Below are positions 43,086 to 52,472 of a DNA stretch of 64,000 bases, in pieces; within the stretch, counting starts at the first letter, position 1, and every line of letters starts with the position of its first letter. Origin of the DNA: an uncultured Acidobacteriota bacterium (GTDB lineage: Bacteria > Acidobacteriota > Thermoanaerobaculia > Multivoradales > UBA5704); assembly GCA_963755825.1 (NCBI GenBank), contig CAVWLA010000003.1, positions 1,472,940 through 1,536,939 of the forward strand, read 5' to 3'. The notes under the pieces are model-generated. The model worked only from the letters and a program-made list of their open reading frames with translations, was not told the origin of the DNA and did not search any database. Both the position numbers and the translations under genes were made by a program.

Positions 43086-44600
43086 TCACTCAGGTGAGAA
43101 TTCGATTGTAACGGAATAGAAGGAATTGACCGGCGCGCCGCCCTGGATCGCCGGCTGAAAGCGGAAGCCGCAGAGCGCGTCGAGGGCCGCGGCGTCGAGG
43201 TTGGGCGAGGCGCCGGGGGAGCGCACCTCGGGCTGGCGGAGGCCTCCCGCGGCGTCGACGACGCCGGAGACGACGACGGCGTCGAGCAGCCGCTGCGCCT
43301 TGAGGAAGCGCGGGTAGGCCGGCCGCGCGTGCTCGACCACCCGCGGGCGGAGCGGCGGCGCGGCGGCCCGGCCCTCGCGCTCACGGCGCCGATCGCCGCC
43401 GCCGTGGACCACCCAGCGCTCGCTCCCCCAGCGGTTGCGGTCGAGGAGCGCCCCCGCGGCGCCGTAGGGTCCGAGATCGGCGTCGTAGAGCGCCGGCGAG
43501 AGGACCTCGGCCGCCTGCCAGCGGCAGATAGCGGCGGGAGCGGCGCCCACGCTGGCCGGCGCCAGGATGGCTTCGGCGAGAGCGCGGAGAGCGAGGGCGG
43601 CGCCGAGGAGGGCGGGGCTGCGCTCGGCGCCGTCGAGCGCCTCCTGCCAGCGCCGCGCCGCGAGCCGACCGGCCTCGGCGAGGCGGCCGGCGCGGAGGAG
43701 CGCCTCGACGGCGCCGAGATCGACCTTCGCGCTGCCGCCGGCGCCGGCGGTAGCCAGCAGGCCGGCGAGCGGCAGGCCGGCCGGCGGATCGACGGTGAGC
43801 TCGGCGAGGACGGCGACCGGAGCGCCGCCGGCGGTCGCCGGCGCGAACCGGAAGCCGCGCAGGCTCTCCAGGGCGCGCACGGCGGCGGCGCCGGTGCGGC
43901 CGGCGACGACCACCGGCTCGCGCACCCGGCCAGCCGCATCGACGGCGAGCTCGATGCGCAGGCTCGGCGGAACTCCCTGGTGGCCCTGGCGCAGGAGCGC
44001 CGGGGCGGGGAGCTCGCCGGCCAGCCGGCGCGGCGGGCTGGCGCCCTCGGCGGCGTGGATCGCCACCCCGTCGGGCGCCGCGCCGGGTCGCCGCAGCGGG
44101 TGCGCCGCGAGGAGGGCGCCGGCGGCGCCGAAGCCGCCGAGCTCCGCGCCGGTGAGCACGCCCGGCGTCAGGTTCTCGGCCTCGTGCCAGTGCCAGAGGG
44201 CGTCCTCGGCGCTCCCCGATCCGGCCTCGGCGAGGGCGAGGCGAGAGAGCGAGTCCGCGAGGTCGAGCGCCGGCGCGCCGCTGGCGCCCAGCCCGAGGGC
44301 GAGCTCGGCGCGCGCGGCGGCCGCCGCCTTGGCGAAGCGGCCGGCGCGCAGGTCGCCGTCGAGCGTCGCCAGCCGGCGGGCGGGCTCCTCGATCCACGGC
44401 AGGCGCTCGGTGTCGTCGGCCCCAGCCGCCGGAGGCGCCGGCTGAGCAGCCGGCGCGGCGGATGTTGGGGCTGGCGGGGGCAAGGGAAGCGACGCCGGAG
44501 CCATGGGCGGCGCCGGAGGTGCCGCGAGGAGACCGCCGCCGACTCCAGCGAATACCGCGAGAAGAACGGCGAGGAGCGGCAGGAGGCGGCGGTTCGGCAT
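43086..44600 (-). CDS. Secreted Ala-rich protein with two C-terminal TonB-C-like domains, paralog 2 (504 aa)
   Basis: Signal peptide (MPNRRLLPLLAVLLAVFAG) and an Ala/Pro-rich region. TonB-C signatures: PAYPRFLKAQRLLDAVVVSGVVDAAGGLRQPEVRSPGASPNLDAAALDALCGFRFQPAIQGGAPVNSFYSVTIEF plus an upstream degenerate copy. Confidence 0.7.
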   Translation of the reverse strand: MPNRRLLPLLAVLLAVFAGVGGGLLAAPPAPPMAPASLPLPPPAPTSAAPAAQPAPPAAGADDTERLPWIEEPARRLATLDGDLRAGRFAKAAAAARAELALGLGASGAPALDLADSLSRLALAEAGSGSAEDALWHWHEAENLTPGVLTGAELGGFGAAGALLAAHPLRRPGAAPDGVAIHAAEGASPPRRLAGELPAPALLRQGHQGVPPSLRIELAVDAAGRVREPVVVAGRTGAAAVRALESLRGFRFAPATAGGAPVAVLAELTVDPPAGLPLAGLLATAGAGGSAKVDLGAVEALLRAGRLAEAGRLAARRWQEALDGAERSPALLGAALALRALAEAILAPASVGAAPAAICRWQAAEVLSPALYDADLGPYGAAGALLDRNRWGSERWVVHGGGDRRREREGRAAAPPLRPRVVEHARPAYPRFLKAQRLLDAVVVSGVVDAAGGLRQPEVRSPGASPNLDAAALDALCGFRFQPAIQGGAPVNSFYSVTIEFSPE

Positions 44601-44689
44601 GGCCGGTCGGCGACGTCGGTCGAGGTTCGCTCGCGGCCGGCCGGCGAGGGTCCGCCGGCCGGCGGGGCGGATGGTAGCCTAGCGCGCCG

Positions 44690-46822
44690 ATGCCCCTCTC
44701 GCACCGGATGCTCGAACGGCCGGCCCGCGCCTCCCGGCGGCCAGGCCGCCGCGGGCTCGCGAGCTCCCTCGCGGCGCTCGCCCTCGGCGCGCTGGCGGCG
44801 GCGCTCGCCGGCTGCGGCACCGGCGAGAGCCCTCCGGCGCCGGCCGCGGCGCCGACAACCGGCTCCGCGGCGACGCCGGCGGCGGGCGCCGGACCGGCCA
44901 TCGAGCCGCGCATCGCCCGCGCCGCGCTCCCCGGCCGGCGCGTCGTCTTCGTCGGCCTCGACGGCGCCGACTGGGACCTCCTCGACCCCTACATGGCGGC
45001 CGGCGTGATGCCGAGCTTGGCGGCGCTCGTCCGCGACGGGCGGAGCGGCGTGCTGACGACCATCCATCCGCCGCTCTCGCCGCTCGTCTGGACGACGATG
45101 ATGACCGGCGTCGGCCCGCTCGAGCACGGCGTCCTCGACTTCACCCGCTTCGATCCGCAGAGCGGCGCCCGCGAGCCGATCACCAGCGCTGAGCGGCGGG
45201 TGCCGGCGATCTGGAACATGGCGACGGCGGCCGGCCGGAGCGTCGCCGTCTTCGGCCTCTGGGCGACCTACCCGGCCGAGCCGGTGCGCGGCGTCGTCGT
45301 CTCCGACCGCCTCTTCTCCTTCGAGTTCGGCGAGGCGGCGCCGCCTCCCGGCGCCGTCTACCCCGCCGGCCGCGAGGCGTGGGCGAAGCAGGCGCTCGCC
45401 GCGGCCGAGGCGGCGAACGGCTACGCCGCCCTCCACGCCTACTTCCCCTGGCTCGGCGAAGCGGAGTTCCGCCGCGCCCTCGCCGCGCCGAACGCCTTCG
45501 CGCAGCCGGTCTCGGCGCTGCGCCGCATCCTCGTCGAGACCGACGTCTACCACCGCCTGGCGGCCGATCTGCTGTCGCGGCCGGCGCCGCCGGCCGGCGA
45601 GCTGCCCGACCTCACCGTCCTCTACATCCAGGGGACGGACGCCGTCGGCCACCTCTTCGCGCCCTACGCGCCGCCGCGCCTGCCGCGCGTCTCGGCGGAG
45701 GATTTCGCGCGCTACGGCGACGTGCCGCGGCGCTACTTCGCCGCCGTCGACGCGCTGGTGGGCACCATGCGGCGGCTCGCCGAGCGCTCGGGGGCGGTCC
45801 TCTTCATCGCCTCCGATCATGGCTTCCGCTGGCACGACCGGCCGGACGAGGCGCCGCGATTCGCCGCCGCCACCGCCGGGCGCTGGCACCGCGAGGAGGG
45901 CATCTCGCTCCTCTGGGGACCGGGGATCGAGCGCGGCGCGAGCGGCAACCACGCGGACCGCGCGAGCGTCCGTCAGGTCTGCTCGACCCTCCTCGCCCTC
46001 CTCGGTCTCCCTCCCGATCGCCGCCTCGCCGGGCCGCCGCTCGCGGGGGTCAGCGCGCCGGCGCTCGCCGACGTCCACTACGAGCAGGGCTTCCGCCCAT
46101 CGGCCGCCGGCGGCTCGCGGGCGGCGGCGCCCGCCGATGCCGAGGCGGTGGCCAAGCTGCGCGCTCTGGGCTACATCGGCGCCGCCGAGCCGGCGCGCGC
46201 AGCCGCTCCGCCTGCCGGCGGCGCTCCGGCGAGCGACGCCACCCGCACCGCCGGCTCCTACGACAACGAGGGGTTGATCCTCCGCGAGGCGGGGCGCCCG
46301 GCCGAGGCCGCCGCGGCCTTCGAGCGCGCCGTGGCGCGCGATCCCCACAACGCCTCGGCGCTATGGAACCTGAGCGACCTCCTGGCGGCGGGCGGCGGCG
46401 GCTCGCCGGCGGACCTCGACCGCGCCGACCAGCTGCTCGTCGAGGCCATCGCCGCCGGGCTGCCGGACGGCGCCGCCCATCTCCGCGAGCGGGCGGCCCG
46501 CGACGGCCGCGAGGGCGACCCCGAGCGCAGCCTCCGCCTCCTCGCCGCGGCGACCGCGGCGCGCCCCGACGACGCCGAGATCTGGCTGCTCGCCGGCCGC
46601 TACCGCGTCGAGCGGCGCGACTGCCGAGGGGCGCTCGACGCCTTCGAGCAAGCCGAGCGGCTCGCCCCCACCAACGCCATCAGCTTCGGCTCGTCGGCCC
46701 TCGCTCGGCTCTGTCTCGGCGACGCGCCGGGCGCCGCGGCCGATCTCCGCCGCTCCCTCGCCCTCGACCCCGACCAGCCCGCCCTGCGCCGGGCGCTCAC
46801 CGAGATCCAGGCCGGCCACTGA
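44690..46822 (+). CDS. Type I phosphodiesterase / nucleotide pyrophosphatase (AlkP-superfamily) lipoprotein with C-terminal TPR repeats
   Basis: LAGCG lipobox; VVFVGLDGADWDLLDPYM...HPPLSPLVWTTMMTG...FIASDHGF; ...LRALGYIG; then TPR-like helices (DPHNASALWNLSDLL...). Confidence 0.7.
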   Translation: MPLSHRMLERPARASRRPGRRGLASSLAALALGALAAALAGCGTGESPPAPAAAPTTGSAATPAAGAGPAIEPRIARAALPGRRVVFVGLDGADWDLLDPYMAAGVMPSLAALVRDGRSGVLTTIHPPLSPLVWTTMMTGVGPLEHGVLDFTRFDPQSGAREPITSAERRVPAIWNMATAAGRSVAVFGLWATYPAEPVRGVVVSDRLFSFEFGEAAPPPGAVYPAGREAWAKQALAAAEAANGYAALHAYFPWLGEAEFRRALAAPNAFAQPVSALRRILVETDVYHRLAADLLSRPAPPAGELPDLTVLYIQGTDAVGHLFAPYAPPRLPRVSAEDFARYGDVPRRYFAAVDALVGTMRRLAERSGAVLFIASDHGFRWHDRPDEAPRFAAATAGRWHREEGISLLWGPGIERGASGNHADRASVRQVCSTLLALLGLPPDRRLAGPPLAGVSAPALADVHYEQGFRPSAAGGSRAAAPADAEAVAKLRALGYIGAAEPARAAAPPAGGAPASDATRTAGSYDNEGLILREAGRPAEAAAAFERAVARDPHNASALWNLSDLLAAGGGGSPADLDRADQLLVEAIAAGLPDGAAHLRERAARDGREGDPERSLRLLAAATAARPDDAEIWLLAGRYRVERRDCRGALDAFEQAERLAPTNAISFGSSALARLCLGDAPGAAADLRRSLALDPDQPALRRALTEIQAGH

Positions 46823-46917
46823 AGCGCGGCCCGGCCACGAGGACGCCCTCCAAAAAAGAGGAACCGGGAGCCTCGATCACGAACCGCCAGATCAAGAGCT
46901 GGTGCAGCAGGGGGCGA

Positions 46918-48372
46918 TCAAGGGCTGTGCGTGGCCTGCTTGAAGGCGGCCAGGAGGCGGCGCGCTAGCGCGGCGGTGAGACGCTCTTCGCCGGCCGCCT
47001 GGCGGAAGAGGGTCAAGGCCGCGAGGCGCTCGCGCTCCACCCTCTGCGCGGCGAAGATCGGAGCGGACTCGGCCGCGAGCGCCTTGACCTCCGCCGTCTT
47101 CCCCTCGCCGGCCAAGAGCGCGGCGAGCTCGAGCGTCGCGAGCGCCGCGTCGTAGGCGATCCTGCGCTCGACGAGCTCGTCGCGCACTTCGCGCAGGGCG
47201 GCTGCCGCCTCGTCCGGCCGGCCGCTCGCGGCGGCGATCCGCCCTTCCAGCCAGCGGAGGCGCGTGCGGTGGAGCCCCTTGCCCGAGCGCTCGGCCAGCC
47301 CGCGCACCTCGGCGACCAGCGGCTCCGCCTCGGCGTGGCGGCCCACCGCGTCGAGGTTTTCCGCCAGGTTGAACCGCAGGGCGAACCAGACCCTCTCGTC
47401 GGCAGGGTCGGCGAGGGGGATCGCCCGCTCGAGCGTGGCGATCGCCGTCTCGTAGTCGCCGACCTCCTCCAGCGTCTTCGCCTTCTTGACCAGAATTCTC
47501 GCGACGGCGTTGGGAGGACAGATGGCGAGGGCCTGATCGAGCAGGGCGAGAGCTTCCGGGACCCGCCGCTCACCCCGGCACAAGGAAGCTTCGAGGTCGA
47601 GCCGGCGCGAGGCGTCGAGCAGGCCGTGCTCGTCGTCCGCTCCGAGGGGCCAAGCGGCCCGCGAGCGGGCGAAGGCCTCCTTCGCCGCCGGCAGCTCGCC
47701 GCTCGCCCGGAGGGCGTTGCCGTGGAACGCCTCGCAATGGCCCTGCAGCTCCGAACGCCATCGCTCGCCGCCAGGTGCGAAGCGGGCGATCTCCACGGCG
47801 AGCCGGGCGAGCGCGATGGCCGGACGCGGATCGTGCGCCGCCGCCGCCTCGCTCTCGCCGCAGAGGAGCACGGCGAGGGCCCAGCTCCGGAACCGCTCGC
47901 CCGCCCGCACCAGACCGAGGCGCTCCTCCTGCGAGAAGGGCTCGAGGAGCTGGCGGAGGCCCGGGGCCGCCAGCCGGTCCGCCGCGCTGGGAGCGGGCGG
48001 CGCGGGCTCCGCACGGGCGAGGAGGAGCGCCGCGCGCGTGAAGCCTTCCGCCGCGCGGCCGGCGCCGGCGGCGAGGGCGTCGGCCTCCGCGCCCGGCGGC
48101 CCGCCGGCGCGGAGCGTCCCGCCGGCGCCGATGACCTGCCGGACGACGTGGAGGCAGGCGAGGAGAGGATCGAGGAGAGGCAGCGGGAAGCGCAGGGCGG
48201 CCATCAGGCGGTCGAGGCTGCGGCCGGACGGCGCCACCTTGCCGGTCTCGTACTCGCAGAGCGAGCTGGCCGCGACGCCTGCCCTCTCGGCCAGCTCGGC
48301 CTGCGTCTCGCGGTGAAACCAGCGGAGCAGGCCGAGCGCCGCGCCCAGATCTACGGGGTCTCTCGCCGTCAT
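46918..48372 (-). CDS. XRE-HTH + TPR-repeat transcriptional regulator, paralog A (484 aa)
   Basis: ATG at 48372. HTH_XRE LRWFHRETQAELAERAGVAASSLCEYETGKVAPSGRSLDRLMAAL followed by ~400 aa of TPR-like helices. Colinear with paralog B: shared blocks ILVKKAKTLEE.GDYE.A.ATLERA, FALRFNLAENL, RLRWLEGRIAAA and ALREVRDEL. Confidence 0.75.
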   Translation of the reverse strand: MTARDPVDLGAALGLLRWFHRETQAELAERAGVAASSLCEYETGKVAPSGRSLDRLMAALRFPLPLLDPLLACLHVVRQVIGAGGTLRAGGPPGAEADALAAGAGRAAEGFTRAALLLARAEPAPPAPSAADRLAAPGLRQLLEPFSQEERLGLVRAGERFRSWALAVLLCGESEAAAAHDPRPAIALARLAVEIARFAPGGERWRSELQGHCEAFHGNALRASGELPAAKEAFARSRAAWPLGADDEHGLLDASRRLDLEASLCRGERRVPEALALLDQALAICPPNAVARILVKKAKTLEEVGDYETAIATLERAIPLADPADERVWFALRFNLAENLDAVGRHAEAEPLVAEVRGLAERSGKGLHRTRLRWLEGRIAAASGRPDEAAAALREVRDELVERRIAYDAALATLELAALLAGEGKTAEVKALAAESAPIFAAQRVERERLAALTLFRQAAGEERLTAALARRLLAAFKQATHSP

Positions 48373-48567
48373 CGCCCTCCCATGGGACTCACCGATTCGC
48401 CGTGCCCGCGAAGCGCCGGAGCGATCCCTCCTCGCGCAAAGCCTAACTCTCTTCGGCCTTGGGCCGAACATTTCGGGGTTACCCTGGCGCACCATTGCCG
48501 GAAAGGGAGCGTGCCCGGGCGGCCATGGAGGCCGCCGGGCGGCGCCTCCCCCGAAAGGAGCAAATCC

Positions 48568-48876
48568 ATGTCCCATTCCATCCGCCGCAGGATCGCCACC
48601 CTCGCCCTCGGCGCGCTGCTCGCCGCCCCGTGGGCCGCACAGGCCGGGGAGCGGCGCCCGGCCGCGCCGCGAGGCGCGCGAGCGGCAGCTCAGGTGCCCG
48701 CCGGTCCCCTCGGTCGCCTCTGGGGTTCCCTCCAGGCGCTCTGGAGTGAGGAGGGGTGCACGATCGATCCGAGCGGTGCCCGCTGCGCCAGCCACGCGCA
48801 GGGCGCCGGCACGCCCATCAGCCCGGCTCCCGCGGGATGCACGATCGACCCCAACGGCGCCGCCTGCTCGCGGTAG
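48568..48876 (+). CDS. Small secreted peptide precursor (102 aa) with two CTIDP(S/N)GA(R/A)C repeats
   Basis: aaaggag SD 7 nt upstream of the ATG. Sec signal peptide MSHSIRRRIATLALGALLAAPWAAQA|GE. The predicted mature ~76-aa part contains two Cys-bracketed 10-residue loops (GCTIDPSGARC, GCTIDPNGAAC). Lies between the two HTH-TPR regulators. Confidence 0.6.
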   Translation: MSHSIRRRIATLALGALLAAPWAAQAGERRPAAPRGARAAAQVPAGPLGRLWGSLQALWSEEGCTIDPSGARCASHAQGAGTPISPAPAGCTIDPNGAACSR

Positions 48877-48937
48877 CTACAGAGGAGCTCCCCTCTCCCG
48901 GCGAGGACCTCACCGGGGGAGGGCGGCCGCCGCGCCC

Positions 48938-50425
48938 TCAGGCGGCTTCGAAGCGGAGCTGCGGCTGGTGGCGCGCGCGGTAGAGGTAGCGGACCACGTC
49001 CCGCGCGATCTCGGGCGTCGCCGACTCGCGCTCCGCGGCGCGGCGGAAGAAGGCGAGCGCCTTCCGCGCCTCGGCGTGGACCTCCTGGCGCTCGAAGACG
49101 GCGGCCATCTGCCGCGCCAGCGTGCGGACGACGTCCATCCGCCCCTGGACCGCGTACTGCTCCGCCAGCTCGAGCGAGACGAGGGCCATGTCGTAGGCCA
49201 TCCCCCGCGTGGCGAGCTCGCCGCGGACCTTGCCGAGGGCGGCGATCGCCTCCCCGGTCCGCCCGAGGCCCGCGGCGATCCGCCCGTCGAGCCACAGCAG
49301 GCGCACGCGGTAGAGGTCGCCGCGCAGCCGGAGCGCCAGCGTCCGCACCTCGGCGACCATCGGCTCGGCCTCGGCGTGGCCGCCGACGTGCAGGAGGTTC
49401 TCGGAGAGATTGAAGCGGAGGGCGAAGCGCAGGTGAGGGTCGCCCGCCGCCTCGACCAGCGGCTTCGCCTCCCGCAGGGTCGCCACGGCGGCCGCGTAGT
49501 CGGCCGTCTCCTCGAGCGTCTTCGCCCGCTTGATGAGGATGCGCGCCGAGGAAGCGGCGCCCGGGGAGACGGCGAGCGCGCGCTCGAGCAGGGCGAGGGC
49601 CTCGGGGAATCGCCGCTGGGCTCGGCGCAGAGAGGCCTCGAGGTCGAGGACGCGGGAGGGGTCGAAGGGGCTCGGCCCGGCAGGCTCCTCGCTCCAGAGC
49701 GCCCGCGCGCGGCGGAAGGCCTCGTCGGCGGCGGGCAGGCTCTTGCCCTGCACCCGCCGGGCGTTGGCGACGAACGCCCAGGCGTGGCCCTGGGCGCGGA
49801 GCCCCTCGTCGCCCTCGACGCCGCGGGCGATCCACAGCGCCAGGTCCGCCAGCTCGGCGGCCTGGGAGGGCTCGTGGGCCGCCGCCCTCTCGCTCTCCTC
49901 GCAGATCAGGGCGCAGAGCGCGGCGGTCTTCCGCTCGGGGATGCAGTCGAGGAGCGGCCGCCGGCGCGCCGCAGGATGGGCGGCGAGCATCTCCCAGACC
50001 TCGCGGGCCACGCCCTTCGCCTCCTCCACCTCGGCACGGGCGGCGTGGACGGTCGCCGCCGCGCGCAGGAAGGTGGAGCTGGCGCGCGCGCCGTCCGCCG
50101 CCAGCCGCTCGATCGCCTGGCGCGCCGCCGCGCGCGCGTCCCGCGGGGCGCGGCGGGCGGCGATCTCGGCGCGCCCCTCGCGCAGCAGATCGAGCACGCG
50201 GTCGACGATGGAGTCCGGCAGGTTCATCGCCGCGGCGAAACGGCCGAGCGCCTCGCGCGTCGGCACGCTCTTGCCGCGCTCGAGCTCCGAGATCCAGCCG
50301 GGCGTCAGGCCGGTCAACGTGGCCAGCTCCTGCGCGCTGCGCAGACCGGCGACGCGCCGCAGGATGACGAGCGCCTCGCCTTCCACGGGCGGGCCCTCGG
50401 TCATCTCCTCTTCATCCTCTCTCAT
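48938..50425 (-). CDS. XRE-HTH + TPR-repeat transcriptional regulator, paralog B (495 aa)
   Basis: ATG at 50425. HTH_XRE LRSAQELATLTGLTPGWISELERGKSVPTREALGRFAAAMNL and a TPR-like body colinear with paralog A. Confidence 0.75.
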   Translation of the reverse strand: MREDEEEMTEGPPVEGEALVILRRVAGLRSAQELATLTGLTPGWISELERGKSVPTREALGRFAAAMNLPDSIVDRVLDLLREGRAEIAARRAPRDARAAARQAIERLAADGARASSTFLRAAATVHAARAEVEEAKGVAREVWEMLAAHPAARRRPLLDCIPERKTAALCALICEESERAAAHEPSQAAELADLALWIARGVEGDEGLRAQGHAWAFVANARRVQGKSLPAADEAFRRARALWSEEPAGPSPFDPSRVLDLEASLRRAQRRFPEALALLERALAVSPGAASSARILIKRAKTLEETADYAAAVATLREAKPLVEAAGDPHLRFALRFNLSENLLHVGGHAEAEPMVAEVRTLALRLRGDLYRVRLLWLDGRIAAGLGRTGEAIAALGKVRGELATRGMAYDMALVSLELAEQYAVQGRMDVVRTLARQMAAVFERQEVHAEARKALAFFRRAAERESATPEIARDVVRYLYRARHQPQLRFEAA

Positions 50426-50636
50426 GCGCTGGTCCTGAAACAAAGGATATCCGCCGCGGCAGCGGCGTGACAGTTGAAGCGCGTCGGAAACCCGGAAAAG
50501 CGGGGCGGATCGCCGAACGGCGCTTTTTTTCGCAGCAACCGCTTGGTTGCGGCGGCGCAGGCCCGTACCGTCCTCCTCGCGCCGGCCGTGCTCGATGGCT
50601 GCCCTCATGGCGGCCTCGCCGGCGGGGAGCCTGCGG

Positions 50637-52067
50637 ATGGGAGAAACGACGAATGCCGTGCTCGATCAGCTTCGATCCCTGGCCGCCGTCCTGGCCTGCG
50701 TCCGCGGCCGCCTGATCGAGCTGTCAGCGGCCCTGCCGGAGGAGGAGCCGGCGGCCGAGGGACCGGAAGGCGCGGAGGTCGAGCCGGGCCTGCGGTCGGT
50801 CCTCTCCTGCGTGCTCACCGACTCGATCGAACCGGCGATTCGCGACCTGCTCCTGGCCGCCGAGCACGAGCCGGCGCAGCCGCCAGCGGCGACTCCCGCC
50901 GCACGGACCCGTGAGGCCGATGAGCCCGGCTACCGGGCTCTCTTCGCGCGGCTCGCGACCAGCCTGCCCCGCTCTGCCGCTGCCGCCGAGCGCACCCGCC
51001 GCGAGACGGACCGCCTCTACCGCGATCTCGTCGCGTCGACGAGAACCGACCGGCTGGAGGCGACGGGAGAGCTCCGCTTCCATCGGCTCGACCTCGTGGA
51101 GCGCCTTCTCGAAGACGCTCGAGGCGCGCTGCCTTCCGACCCAGGCTCGGCCGAGGAGCTGGCGAGCCTCGCCGCGGCGATCGCCGGCCGGCTCGCCGAT
51201 GCCGACGAGAGCTCGGAGGGCAGAGCGCGGGCGGCCTGCTGGATCGCGCACGCTCGCCGCATCGCCGGCGATCTCGCTGGCGCCGAGAGGGCCCTCTCCG
51301 GAGCGACGCTCTACGCCGCGGGATATTCCGACGAGCAGGCCGAGCTCTGCCGCGCGGTCGCCCTCCTGCGCTGGGAGCAGGGGCGGATGGAGGAGGCGAG
51401 AGCGATGCTCGAACGCGCCGAGGAGCTCTGGGCTGGCGAGGAAGCGCCTCACGAGCAGGGAGCCTGCCAGGTGCTCGCGGCGCTGCTCTCGATCGAAGAG
51501 GGCAGAGCGCGGGATGCGGTGAGACCGCTGCGCGATGCGCTGCCGCTCCTCATCGATCCCTGGCTCACCGTCTACGGCCGCCTCGCGCTGGCGCTCGGCT
51601 TGGCCGAGAAGGGACAGGCGAAGAGAGCGCGGGAGCAGCGCGGCGAGAGCGGGCGGTCGGCGCCGCTCGCGCCACCGGCGGCGCACCTCTTCGCGCTCCA
51701 TCTCGAGGCGAGGATCGCCTTGAGCCTGGGCGAGCACGCCGCGGCGAGCGCGATGCTCGAAGACCTGCGCCGCGAGGCGATCGAGCGGCGGTGGCTGCCA
51801 GAGGCCGCGCTCGCGACGCTCAACCTCGCCCGCCTGGACATCGAACGCGGGTCGGAGCCGGAGGCGGCGGCGGAGCGCCTGGCCGAGCTGGAAGCGATCT
51901 TCACGGGATCTGAGCCGCTGGACGGCCTCGTCGCGGCCTTGCGGGAATTCCCGCAGCAGATCGCCGCCGGCGAGAGCCTCGCGGAGTTCACCCCGTCTCT
52001 TGCGGCGACCATGCTGCGGCTGCTGCGGCTGCGTGGCGTTCGCGGCGGGGCGCTCCCGTTCGCCTGA
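50637..52067 (+). CDS. TPR-like helical protein without HTH, paralog C (~476 aa; start uncertain, ATG at 50637 after a gggag SD)
   Basis: All-helical; resembles the TPR bodies of A and B (LERAEELW, RLALALGLAEKGQ, LEARIALSLGEHAAA) but has no DNA-binding domain. Divergent from regulator B. Confidence 0.55.
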   Translation: MGETTNAVLDQLRSLAAVLACVRGRLIELSAALPEEEPAAEGPEGAEVEPGLRSVLSCVLTDSIEPAIRDLLLAAEHEPAQPPAATPAARTREADEPGYRALFARLATSLPRSAAAAERTRRETDRLYRDLVASTRTDRLEATGELRFHRLDLVERLLEDARGALPSDPGSAEELASLAAAIAGRLADADESSEGRARAACWIAHARRIAGDLAGAERALSGATLYAAGYSDEQAELCRAVALLRWEQGRMEEARAMLERAEELWAGEEAPHEQGACQVLAALLSIEEGRARDAVRPLRDALPLLIDPWLTVYGRLALALGLAEKGQAKRAREQRGESGRSAPLAPPAAHLFALHLEARIALSLGEHAAASAMLEDLRREAIERRWLPEAALATLNLARLDIERGSEPEAAAERLAELEAIFTGSEPLDGLVAALREFPQQIAAGESLAEFTPSLAATMLRLLRLRGVRGGALPFA

Positions 52068-52133
52068 CGCCTCGCGATCCGGCCGATATCCGATAGAATT
52101 ACAAGCCGCCAACCCGCTCGAGGAGCCATCCGC

Positions 52134-52310
52134 ATGGCGATCCGCCCCTTCACCGCTTCCGTCAGCTATCGAAATCGAGAAGGCGCCCTCCTCGAGGAGG
52201 AGATCCCGGTCCTCGCCGAGAACTACGAGACGGCGAACCGCCTCGCCTTCACCTACGTCCTGCAGGTCCTGAAGCTCCGCGAGTTCGAGCTCCGGCTCGT
52301 CGGCTCCTGA
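52134..52310 (+). CDS. Small hypothetical protein (58 aa; absent from the ORF track)
   Basis: gaggag SD 9 nt upstream of the ATG, high GC3, TGA at 52308 (MAIRPFTASVSYRNREGALLEEEIPVLAENYETANRLAFTYVLQVLKLREFELRLVGS). Confidence 0.45.
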   Translation: MAIRPFTASVSYRNREGALLEEEIPVLAENYETANRLAFTYVLQVLKLREFELRLVGS

Positions 52311-52472
52311 AGTCGGCTCCCGAGGCCGGCTCCTGAGCGCTGGCGCCGCCCGGCGGCGTGAGCCGTTGTGGTAGCGTTCCTCCCCGCAACATCACCGTAT
52401 TCGGCCAACACCCCCGAGCGGCTGCGCACGAGCGCGGCCGGCCGCGGGCGATCCGACCCAAGGAGGTCTCCG

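Noticed and set aside
43329-45008. 559-aa plus-strand ORF
   Set aside because: Antisense to the intact TonB-C paralog and out of frame with the phosphodiesterase gene; Arg/Gly-rich filler
48373-48567. Sigma-54 promoter (TGGCGCaccatTGCC) upstream of the small peptide gene
   Set aside because: GG and GC are 9 nt apart instead of the obligatory 10 and the -12 is TGCC rather than TTGC. Not called
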